NCBI RefSeq assembly: GCF_003704095.1
Contig: NW_020847747.1
Coordinates: forward strand, 744,001 to 808,000
Source: Pocillopora damicornis
Lineage: Eukaryota
Direction of reading: 5' to 3'
DNA length: 64,000 nucleotides
Made by a program: the position numbers and the translations under genes. Below the pieces are notes generated by a model. The model worked only from the letters and a program-made list of their open reading frames with translations. It searched no databases and was not told where the DNA came from. Positions 1 to 12,700 of the stretch are shown here, in pieces. Position 1 is the stretch's first letter. Each line of letters starts with the position of its first letter.

Positions 1-105
1 TGCATTTGAATAAATTGTTTTTGCACTTGATGTGCCCGCTTTGTTCTGCATAATTATAATAAGTTATCTCGTTTTTTTTTCATATATATTATTAAGTAAT
101 CACGC

Positions 106-139
<34 letters not shown>

Positions 140-703
140 ATGTAAATTTTTTCAAAGACCATACATTGTATGAGCCCGCAATTTAAACGACATCGACTCA
201 AAATATTCCTTGAGTCGTCGCTTTCAAGGTCAGAAATTTGCATCCTGGAGTAACAGGCCTCGTGCATGCTTTTAGCCATATCACTTTTTCCTTCCGATTG
301 ATTTTTTTTCTTAATTTTTAAAATTATGCAATAGGAAATGAAAAACCGTGCTCGTTCATTATCAAAAGACCATAGTAACTGTTTAACTCGTCCATCGATT
401 GAAAAAAAGAGCTTATTTCGGAATGTCCTCTGTCGCTAAAAGGGAACTCGATGCAGCGGCTGCTGGTGCACTGAGAGTGTAGATTAGCTCACTTTTCTAT
501 TTTATTTGTTCGCATTCTGATTTCTTATAAACTTGTAACACCTAAAGTTATCTTGATAGACATTCAAAATGAACACAATCCTTTGAATTAATAGTTATGT
601 TTTCAATTATTTTCATTACAATAAGAATGGAAACATGTTTCCCATTAAAGTTATTGGTATATTGATATCATTTACTTTTCCTAACTTTTTGAAATTATTA
701 AAT

Positions 704-3700
704 CTATTTTTCGATATCCACACCATTTTCATCTGAATTTCGTCGCGATCTAAAATGCACAGCTACTGGAAGTCCCATTTGTATATTCGCCTGCACGATG
801 TACTTGTCACCTGTCGTTGAAAATCTCCTTAGGGTTTGCTCGTCAAGTCTCAAAACTGCTCCTACATCAGCGAGTCCTTTACGAACATTATCAATTGTGT
901 CATCATCGTCCACGATAGACTCGGGCAAATCACGAAACAAACTCATGAAGTCCACATTAGAACATGCCCTATTAGATGCAAATGAGGGCGCTACCACGGA
1001 CTCTGGAAGATCGCTCAACAAGTCCAATAGTTCCGCATCGAGTTCATCGCTTGAAAGAGGTGAAGGTGTGCTAATGACATCTGGCTCATCAGTTGAAAAT
1101 TCAGTTGCTCTTTCTTCCAAAGTAACGGCTTCAACACTACATGAAGCTGATCCTGTGTCAGCCGCGGGTTTGTTGTTTATCAGTGCTAGCTGAGATGAAT
1201 GGTCTACATAATCCACGTATGTTGGATAGTCTGTTGATAGGTACATAATGCTTCCAACATACTCCTCCCTTATAGTCGACTTTTTTTCTTGCCTTGGCCT
1301 GTCGTACAACTTGTGCCGATAACCACAACTAGCAAGCTTCCTTTTCAAGATTTCGCGTAAACGTCTGAATCTTGTGAAATAATATTCCTTGATAAATGTT
1401 CCCAGATCTGCGTCTGCAAATTTACCGCCGGACATTTCCTTGACGCTCTCATAGGATTCATTAAGAATAGCCACAAACATGTTAATGAGGATGAAGGACA
1501 TGCTTAGCATGAAGGCAAATAGATAAACAGGGCCAATAATGCGATTAGAAGATTGAAGGTCATGATAAAGTAAGTCTCCACCGAGAAATTTTTGAGTCAA
1601 TGTCGCCAACGCTTCCATAAACGAATGGTAAGATTCGATATCATTGCCAAATACTAGCACTCCTAAGAGAACAAACGAAATTATGTTTATGCAAAATAGG
1701 ACTGAATAAGACATGACATGTGGCGAAGAAAGCTTGAGCGAAGCTACCATTTGGCAAATGTGCTTGTTAAAACGAATTATCCTCAAGAATTTAACGGTGA
1801 CAATGAAAACTACAATGGAAAGAACTATCATCTCCAGATCGATCCAGAAAAGTACATAGTCAGCACTTGCCGTGTCAAATGGGTTGGCCTGAACGTATTT
1901 TACAAACGCTGATACGTACTTTTCCTTTAAGAAAAAAAACGCAATCGTTGTCAGTGCAGAAATAAGCTGTAGCATGTTCATCCAGTTCCAAAAGGAGCCA
2001 AAGTATGCACAACTTTGTCGGTAGATCTTCACAGCTTCTAGCAGCAGAAAGTAAACAATCAAAAGCAGCAGGGTAATTTGGCAAGCCAATGATATAGAGC
2101 GAAGAGCAGGATTAGAGGAACCATATATGGACAGAGTATCGAAGCACACTTTGGTAACAGGTTTTCCAGTCGGATAAAGCTCGTAAAGAAGCTTTGCAAC
2201 GCTAAATAAGGAGCTTGATGGTTGAAAAACAGTGAACTCAACAAAAACTGCAGCGGTTCTTTCATCGATCCAGCTGTTGCTTTTAAGATTTATTACAACT
2301 CTTGATGCTGTTCTCGAGTTATATCCAAGGTCGGCAACGTACCCTCCACCATCGTACCTAATATTTCTTCCATAGTACCACAAAGTATTCAAATCCATTG
2401 ATGAATTATATCGCCAAGGTTTTGGACAAAGCCTCGATAATTCAAATTCCGAATGGTATTTGCTGATATTCGTCACCGGTACCCATCCAGGCTGGTTCAA
2501 TGGTGAGGTGTCTTCGTCATGGGGTGAATAAGGAGGAATACATCTCTTGAAGACGTCGTTTAATTCAGGGTAATGTTTTCCCATCTGACATGGATATTCT
2601 ATAAGACGGGACAAAGAGATTCACAATTCAAATTTGAAATTCTATTCTTTAGAAGAGTTTGTAATTACTATGGGTGCAGTAAATATCAACTCAGTAAACT
2701 CTCTGATATTGTCAATAATTCTATATGGATTTGAAGTATGAGGGTCTGCCTTTCTATCTATTTCTTAATCTGATATGATAATGAATAAGGACAGAACTTT
2801 GTTTAATAGCTGATGAGGTTTATACTTGCAATCTTACCTTCCTTAATTCTGACTTGTCTAAGCCTGGGCATACCAACAAGGAAGGCCGTTCTGGTGCTGA
2901 TATAACCTTCAGGTGAAATGAACTGCTGACCATTATACCAGGTGGTATCGTAGATGCCTGGAATAAACTCTGCCTCAACCCACTCCCAAAATGCAAACTT
3001 TGAGTCGATCTTAAAGGTAAAACAGAGAGACCAATCTTCAAAAAACACGCTATTCTAATTGTAGGTATTGACTGTTTATCGACTTTTTGTCGAGCATTTG
3101 TAGAAAGATTTCGGATTTCACCTCTCATTATCCGTCAAGTAAAGATTGCAAGGTAGAGTTAGTGAAGTCTAGATTTGAGGAAATATGGGCTTCGAGAAAA
3201 CGTACCGAAATTTCAAGGAACCGGAACGTCTACAACGAAGGTCGTTCATCGAGACTGATGTTAAAAATGTAGAGAACACACTTGATTTTAGGGTTGAAGC
3301 ACATGTCAGAAAGTTATCAAAGCTAAGTAACTACTGTATTTGTGAATAGACTAGAATATATTGGTTGGAAGAAGGTTACCTCTTCAAATGATCCTTTAAG
3401 CATTGATTCCAAACTCGTTGTAAGTCGGTACCGACTGTATCCTCGATTTCCATACACCAACACAAAAAGGCAAATGACGAAAAGTAAATAGAGCACTATC
3501 TCTATAACGCTGTTGATAGTCTCCACCACGCTTTCTCTGTTCTTCCTTGCAAGAAGAATCTCATCTCCTGTGGGTGCCTTAACGTCCAAATTGTTGTTTG
3601 TTTCTAAAGATGAATCCTTGAGTGACTGAGCGGTTTTCTCTTCGGGAGGTTTTTTAAGGATCATGGCGAGAAGTAAAGCGACAACAACAACTTTAATGGG

Positions 3701-6700
3701 CTGCATGATTGCTACGTCTTGAAAAAACGATATTAGGGCTGACGTGAGCCATTGCCTTGATATTTCTTTGCCCCACTGGACGCTGTAGAATATGATAAAT
3801 GTTCCGGCCGTCAGGGACGCGAGAATGCAAAGTAGCCATGCGATGTATTCAAAGAAATGAGGAAGACATCCGGGAATCTCAACCTTTTTGTTTCCGTGTG
3901 ACTCTGCGGTATACCGTTCTGCAGTTTTGTCACTCTGGTAAGATGTTTTCGTGTGGTTGTGTGAAAGTTTGATGTTCCTAAATATTGTGACAATAAGCAA
4001 GTTTAATGGCACCACAATTAGTGCGCTCTCGACTCCAATGATGATCTGGTTGACGCTGAAGCGAAAAGGACCAAGCTTAACTGTGTCACTCTGCTTTTCG
4101 CCAAACTGATAAAACATTGCTCCGGCTAACATTGCGCACAGAAGAACGCAGACACAGCAGGAAAGCCGTTGCGAGCGCGTGAATGGACTATGAGGAGGTC
4201 TTGTTAATAGAGAGAGCCATATATGGCCATCTACAAAGTTCTTGGTTACTCGGGTATGGAATTGGTACTTGAAGCTTGATATGTCGCTTTTGCTTGCAAC
4301 TGGAATGTCTACTTGAACCTCCCCATCTTCTTTATCGACTGCAAGCCATCGGCCGCATAAGAAATACCATTTATCATCAGTTTCGAGATCTTTAATTATA
4401 ATCTGGTTGACATACCAAGATGGATGAGCTCCTGAATTGTCGTGCCATAGCTTGATCATTAGAGGAGAATGTAAACTGTCTGGTAAAGAGACAATAAAGT
4501 TGTTTATACTTGCTCGCGCAAACAGCCTTTTGCTCGTGTAACTGTCAAATAATTTTAGCGTCTCGCTTCGTATTTCCTCACCATACACGATCATAGCGAC
4601 ATTCGCTGTCGTACCAGAGTCTTTCCACATCCCAGTGTACACTGAAACCTCATACAGATGCCCGCCCTCTGCCTGGAGCCGGAGATTTTCAATTGCCTAC
4701 GGTTGGAATATAATGGACAAATTAAGTACCTGCCAGAGGAAGGGTCATGTTTTTATAGATGCCCTTCACATGTAACCCTGCAGCTGATGAAAGATTTTTT
4801 CAAGGTCACTTAAGAATGTCATAGGAAGGTACGGCTGAATCAGTCTGTAATGAAATAGATGGTTACAATCATTTTTCCTTACTTTGTATTCGTCCTTTCT
4901 GTCTGCCCGTCTAGCGATGACAATACCGATGATCCACAAACCATATATGGATAGGACCATTGCCAACACAAGAACATTTCCTGATTCAAAAATATCTGGG
5001 AATTTCCTGAATACGTAGTCGAAGTCAATCGGATTAGGAGCTACAAAAAAATTCCCGCCAAAAGAGGAAAGGTGATTGCAGAGACACTGTATCTTTTCCG
5101 CCGATGAGCCGGGTCCAACCTTTTTAACAAAGAATACCACTTTTTAACAAACCAAGTATTAAAGGGCCATTAGCGTAACGTATTTTATTATTTTTGTACC
5201 GTTTGCTTTAATCGATGAAGAATCTATAATGTAAAAGGTCCTTTTAAAATTGTCTGAATCAACATTTCTATAATTAAAATGTTCTGGTCAGTTTCAGAAA
5301 ATACATTCTAAGCCCTAATTAAACGTAATATCAATAATATTGATAGTACTGAATAATGATAAATATGTTTACTATCGACGGAGAGTTTATAAGGTTTACT
5401 TCATAGAGACTACTAATTGGCACATCAAAACTTTTGACATCCGCAACAATTTAAGCTAACCTTGCATCCCTTCGTTGACCACGCGTCTGCTGTTACATTC
5501 CAATACTGGCATGTCCCCATAGACACTGACAAAGTGTAATTGACATCTGTGCTGGCATTAAATGGTGGCTTTAGGACAACTATTGGGGGAGGAGTGGATG
5601 GAGGATCTTTGACTCCTACACAAGATCTCTTCTGCCGTCCGGCAAACATGCATCCACGCTTTACACGTCTTTCTTTACTAGCGGTTATATACTTTCTTGT
5701 TATGTTGGGAAGCGCACCAACTGTGATGCCCAAATAATGAAGTCCTGTTTGCCCTGTATCCGCAGCGGACACAGTAACAGTATACGCTTGAATGCTACAA
5801 TCCATGTTGCGATTTTCAGTAGAATAGTTACATGAGCTGTAATCTGGAAGGGATGCGCTGTAGTTGTAATTTGTCATTGTTGGTCTCTGTCCATATCGCA
5901 CAAATAATCTAAGAGTGTGTAGGTGCGAAGGGATAATCTTTATGGAAATAACGTACTCAGGGCCTGGGAATACAATTCTGTGAAATCGCATCGTTCCATT
6001 TTCGTTCGGTTTTACGAAGTATGTCTGAGGCTTCTTGACTTTTGCCTCCAAAAGTGGTGGAATGAAGAGTTCGACGTTTTGGGAGAGGTTTGACACGTTC
6101 AGCGGGGACCCTCCCTCGTCTTTAAGCTCAAAGTCGATGACAACAGACTTTATATTAGTTGCACCTTTGGTCCACGTGTATGGATTGAATTTGAAGGTGA
6201 CAAGCTGAAATCCGATGACATAAAGGCAAATGAGCTCGTAAAGAGATAGATCGATCATTAATCAACGTAAGATAAACAACTGGAAATGCATGGCACTATA
6301 TTTTCATGATCAAATTTTCCTTTCAGTTTCAAAATATAACGTATTTACTTAATTACCTAACGATATGTTTATAATGTATATTTGTTCTGGGTGAAGCTGT
6401 AGACAGTATTTTTTACGTTAATTGTTATATTTGAATGTTGTGATAAGTCAGCACCAGGTCTCAACTCACCTGAGTAGAGAGATATTCTTTGCTTTTACTA
6501 TCTTTTCCTATCAGGTCTTGAACAGATGGAAGTGTAACTTTGGAGTCCTGATACACTAGAGCCTTATTTCCAATTCTTGAGGGAATTTGCCTGTCAAGTA
6601 CCATTGATAAAGACTTGGACTTGAGCACGCTTGGCTTTTCGTACAGTTTTTTTGTGTTATCTACTGTACTACCAAGACGGGTGATGAGGTTTAAAATTCG

Positions 6701-9700
6701 TTTGGAAAATGATTTGCTCTGGAGTGAGGGTGAAAAAAAGAATGCATTTAGTGAACCCAACCTATAATTTTTGTCGAACTCAGAACAATAAATATATTTT
6801 CATACAGTGACCAGAGTAAAACTGGCATGGTAATTTCTTCTTTCTCAACATGGCTATTATTAGAGAAGGATTTCTAATGATTATGTAACGCAATATAAAT
6901 CTAATGGAAAGTATTGAATTTGTAGCTCGCACCTTCTCTCTTCTTTCATAAGTGATTGGAACTGGTGGTAATTCTTCTCCACTTGTATCGTCCTTGGCTT
7001 CATGAGAAGTAATGTCCAGCAAGTTTCCCAATCCATTTAATAGTGCTGCTCCCACATGTTCGACAGATACTTCGGAGTTCGACTTGTTATTTACACTTTC
7101 TTCCATAATATTTGTCATGGAATCCAGCATTTTAATTGCCTTATCCTAGAGTGAGAAGGGAAAAGATGCATCTTGAATCTTATGGGCACTTTAAGGAGTA
7201 CTGCCCATCGAGGTAGGGGCAAACGTTAATGTAAATTTGTTATTCTTTTACAATTTAGCATGGTGGAAATACATGCAGCATTAAGAAAATCAAAGTGCTC
7301 TGTGAGCAAACTCGNNNNNNNNNNGATGACTTACATAATTTTTTGGATTATGGTTAAGGTTATCTGGTTTAGGGAATTTTGTAGCTGATTGTCATATTTA
7401 GAGTACGAGCAGTAGTTCNNNNNNNNNNAATGTAGCAAAGAAACAAAGTAACGTTGGGATTAGAAGGCACTTCAATTGAAATGATCATGCTATTACATTT
7501 TACAAGGGAGAATGATGTCATGTGTTTTAAACATTTATTTTTTTATTTAGAGGGCACGGTAACGACTCCTGCAATCTGATTGGTTCTTTTACTCGGTATT
7601 TTCCTATCTCTGCCCACGGGCCACGGTAACGCTTTCGTGAGTCGCCNNNNNNNNNNNNNNNNNNNNNNNNNNNNNNNNNNNNNNNNNNNNNNNNNNNNNN
7701 NNNNNNNNNNNNNNNNNNNNNNNNNNNNNNNNNNNNNNNNNNNNNNNNNNNNNNNNNNNNNNNNNNNNNNNNNNNNNNNNNNNNNNNNNNNNNNNNNNNN
7801 NNNNNNNNNNNNNNNNNNNNNNNNNNNNNNNNNNNNNNNNNNNNNNNNNNNNNNNNNNNNNNNNNNNNNNNNNNNNNNNNNNNNNNNNNNNNNNNNNNNN
7901 NNNNNNNNNNNNNNNNNNNNNNNNNNNNNNNNNNNNNNNNNNNNNNNNNNNNNNNNNNNNNNNNNNNNNNNNNNNNNNNNNNNNNNNNNNNNNNNNNNNN
8001 NNNNNNNNNNNNNNNNNNNNNNNNNNNNNNNNNNNNNNNNNNNNNNNNNNNNNNNNNNNNNNNNNNNNNNNNNNNNNNNNNNNNNNNNNNNNNNNNNNNN
8101 NNNNNNNNNNNNNNNNNNNNNNNNNNNNNNNNNNNNNNNNNNNNNNNNNNNNNNNNNNNNNNNNNNNNNNNNNNNNNNNNNNNNNNNNNNNNNNNNNNAT
8201 GATCGATTTTGTCCCCAATCTCACGCCATAACAGAAAAAGCTTTTGAACACCAGTAAAACTCCGAGCGCTTCGGAGTAAGTGATATTTTCAATGAATCTT
8301 CGGATTGTTTTTAAGGTCAAGGATTGTAAATTACAATTTTATGGAAAACGAAGGTNNNNNNNNNNTTTCAGTGTGAATCCTCGCACGCCTGCCAGTCGCT
8401 AGCACCGCTTGTTGAAACTAAAACGGAAAAAAAAACTCTTTTTAGATTATTATTGGCTTCTTTTTCATCTCAACACTATTCTTAGCAGCAAAGGTCGCCA
8501 TTCCGTTTGTTTATTACTCGCCAAAAACTATCAAANNNNNNNNNNAGCCTAAAATTGAAAAAAGTTTACAGGAATCAACCAATCGAGCGAGCAAGCGAGC
8601 GAGTGCCATTCTCCAAATCATATCTACAACTCGCTCTTGCGCATGCGCGCAATTTACGAGTTAAAAAACGAAAATAAGGGTCACGTAATCTTAAGAAAAA
8701 CGTTTTGGACAGATCTGCATCGGTTGGATAAGATCAGACTTAGCACTGAATTTGAAATGATTTATGATTAATAAGAGAGCAAGGCTATTACCATATCACC
8801 AGTTTTAAAGTTCGATTTATACAGAGGCTGGTTTTAAAGGGCACAATAAAAGAAATGGAGATTATTCCATGGAAAGTGCGCACAAACATTATTTTGGTGC
8901 ATCGCAACGAGGGAAATAAAAGCTTTCAAGAACTTCTTTTGTAGGATATTTTTATTTTATTTGCACTGACTAACACATTTCAAAGATTGGAGGCGAATGA
9001 CTGTGAAAATACATCGTCATCGCCAAACGAGAACACGAGCGATAGTACTTCACAGTGTGACTCTCAGTATCTTTGAAATGAAAGAAGGTTGAGGTGACCA
9101 ATTGAGCGATTAAATTGGCATACATACAGTGTCCAAATAAATCCAAATTAACTTGCAGAGATATATATGGAACAGTCCTTGATACTCTGTTACATGTACT
9201 AACAAACCTCTGAGGTTGAGACACAATTGAAAACTAGTCAGTGGATTCTCACCTGGGACTCGATTGAGATCTCATTTCGTTGGTCGGCCACGCCAGCAAC
9301 AACCGCTGAAACCTGCAACACTTCTTGTAACTCTGCAACTTTAACCTTCGACCAAGCGTCAACAATGCTATCTTTGATCTACAACAAAGGAGAGAAGATG
9401 ACTTTTCGTTCGTTTTGGCTATTCTATTGGAGATCGGATATCCTAGACAACACCTGATTCCACAGGCGGCCCAAGCTCAGTATGTGCGATTACGGGGTTG
9501 AAAGGTTGTAAACAGGGATATCTTGTACTGTGTGCTGAATATGCGAATTAACAAGAGAAGAACCCGCCAAAATCTGCACGGCAGGAAATCTATCCCTTTG
9601 CTCTTAGTTTCAAATCTTTCGTTAGTTCACTGAAGTCGATATTCCCTGCACATTGGACAATTGTGGGATAATTTAGATTTAATCATAGGCGTTCGCGTGT

Positions 9701-12700
9701 GCCAAAAAAAAAAGAAATTAAAAAGGAAAAAAATAACAATGATAACAAAATGCTAGAAATATAATGGCCTTATCACGGGATTCCCCTGAATGACTTAAAA
9801 TTTTCCTTTTTTTTAGTAATATCTACATTCAAGAACCTTAATCTTCTCTTTTAACTTCATCTCATCCACTGGTGCGTGATTTACCACTGACAAGACAGAT
9901 GTCGCCCTTTGTGCCGCCTTCTTAATGTTGTTTTCCTTCAGGAATCCATTCATTGGTCCTCCTGTGGACACCTCTTTGTTAAGAGTCTCGACGGATATTT
10001 CAGGCTCAATAACCTTCAAAGTTGCAATAGAATGTTAGAAGCTGTGAAACCTTACATTTGATTTTAATCAGATTTGCGGCTAAGGCACGATTCTCGTCGC
10101 AAAGCTTCGTTTTTCTGTCGGCCGATTAACCCAGACGAAAGTTTTATTAAATGTCATCCACGCATAACCAACTTTCACGCTTTTTGTATTTAAATTTCAA
10201 GAAATTTCATAAAAATATAACTCAGAACTGATATTAAGACAGCCAACTTGCCAAAAGACAGTTAAATTTAAACCAAAGTTATGGCAGAGAGTTAATAACA
10301 TATCCTACCCTTAACGGTGAAAGCTTTCTAAACACGATTAGTGGCTAAGTTCCATTTTTGAATAAATCGTTTCAACCCGTGGAATGACTAACAGTCTTAA
10401 GAGAGGATGTCAGCATCCATCGNNNNNNNNNNAAATATTGTGGCAAGTCGCCCAAAATTCTCTCCTACTTTTATATTTTGTTCCCCAATATGGTCTAATA
10501 ATTGTGGTGTAGTTTTTTGCGAAAATATATTTTAGTTTTCGAGAAATGACTTTTTTCGTTCGACCNNNNNNNNNNNNNNNNNNNNNNNNNNNNNNNNNNN
10601 NNNNNNNNNNNNNNNNNNNNNNNNNNNNNNNNNNNNNNNNNNNNNNNNNNNNNNNNNNNNNNNNNTCGCTATCAAGTAAATTTTGCCGGACTTTGAGTTC
10701 GTCTCAAGATAGAACAACAGAAATACTCAAGGAAATTTTTACAGTAACTTTATAACCATCCTTTGGTCTTTAAAAAGCTTGAAGCTCAGTAAATTGTGTT
10801 ATATCGGTCATTGTTAAAACTGTCTTTTTGTTATGCTACTTTTCGACATAGGAAAAGTATGTCAGACAAAAATATTCACCAAAAAATAAATATTTCCTTG
10901 GCAGCTTCAATAACGACAGGGGGCTAAGTTTAGATGATAAAACAAAGGATTATGTTCACAGAAATACCATAGGTCTATTACATTCGATACATGAGGTCAC
11001 ACAACTCGGGTAATATTCATGGTGAAAATTTGCATATTTGAGCGGTCGAACGAAAAAAATTATTTCTCGAAAACTAAAATATATTTTTACAATAAAACTA
11101 CACCACAATTATTAGAACATATTTGGCTACAAAATATTAAAGTAGGAGGGAAAACAAATTCGGGTGATTTGCCGCTGTTTGTTTGATGCATGCTGACATT
11201 AGCTCTGAATTACTTTGTTTCTATACCTAACGTTCGACTTACTTGGATATATACACCAGTATTCACTGCAGATCCTAATGCATCAATCACAGTCATCTGA
11301 ACCTGCAGTTTAAAATCCCTGTTTGAATCTCCAACCGGTAGTTTACCTATGGCAGTGTTTGAAGTCCCCGAGTGAAAAATCATTTCAATGCCCTCACTGC
11401 TGTAGTAGCTGAACGTGAACTTTAGAGGCAGTTCGTTATCGTACCAGCCATTGCAACTGAACACAAAGTCAGTTTCCCACGCCTTTCCTTGAGCTAAGTT
11501 GACTTTACATTCTCCTCCACTTGGTGGCGTGTTCGTCACAAACGAGTATGTTGCAGAGGATATATGTCCTCCTGAGGTTCTTCCAGTTACTGTGACATTA
11601 TAGGTGGCATTACCATGGAGTTTTCCCTGCGCCAGTATCAAGTTTGGTGAATTATCGTACGTAAGTACAACTTCATCCTGGTTAGTTACGTGTCGCCAGT
11701 GTGGATCATCTCCTACGCGATATTTGATTGACCAAGAGTACTGCTGGATTTTGTTGCAAAGGAGACCTGTGCAATTTGTTTCCAGGATCAGTCTTGATGA
11801 TTGAATCACATGACTTTTACAGTGTTCACAGCTGTTGATTAAAAAGCAGGTTTAAAAAATTCTTCTACGGAGGAAATAAACCATGATTGTATAATGGAGT
11901 TAAACCCCCTCTCATAAAAATTGCCTTTGAATGTGATATTTTTGTTGTGGACAATAAGTGTCGGCTGTCGCAAGATCATTTTATATAGAAATGTAATCAA
12001 TGACATCATTCAGCTGAGGACTGGATTTTAATTGGTAAGTGTTTCGCACCAAACACTACCGATATAATCAAACTTGTTGAATCAATACTTACTTTACTTT
12101 TAAGTGAATTTCCTCTTTAATTCGAAGTCGATGGAGCGCATTGACGACCGTCCCCCTTTTCTTCACATCAAGCTCGATTACGTAATCCTCGTCACCTTCC
12201 ATTTTATCGATATCTAGATCGAGGATGTACGGAAACCCATTTCTTGATCTTAGTTTTCCCATACCAGTACCATAACAGCCTTCACGGTTCCTTTTCGGTG
12301 GAAGAGTTGAGCCAGCAGGAGGGAACACCTCAGGAAGTGTTGCTACGTCATCCGGAAATACTTCGCTTTCTTTTCGACAAAGCCACGTGAAATTCATTCC
12401 AATGTAGATTCCTTGTCCGACATCTGGATCATGAGTCTTTGAACCATTAAGGGTCAGTTTATGGTTAAATCCTTGAGAGGCGTAGCTTGCGCCTGATATG
12501 TCGGCCACCAGAGTAGTAGACGTAACTTCTACGTAACCAGAACTACTGACCTTTCGTTTCTTATCCAGGATCCCGATGATCTTCATGAAGTAATGGCCAT
12601 AGTTTAATATCTTACTAGGAATGGTTTCTTTTACTGAGTCAGCATTAGGAGAAATAACTTCTTTCAATTTCCTCATGTATTTAAAATATCCCGATATCAG

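Noticed and set aside
798-1193. Antisense or alternative-frame ORFs over real exons (e.g. 798-1193, 42601-42935, 60984-61537)
   Set aside because: Shadows of coding sequence on the other strand or frame; no independent motifs.
7580-8320. ORFs 7580-8257 and 7604-8320 (also 10532-10755)
   Set aside because: They mostly consist of assembly N-gaps.
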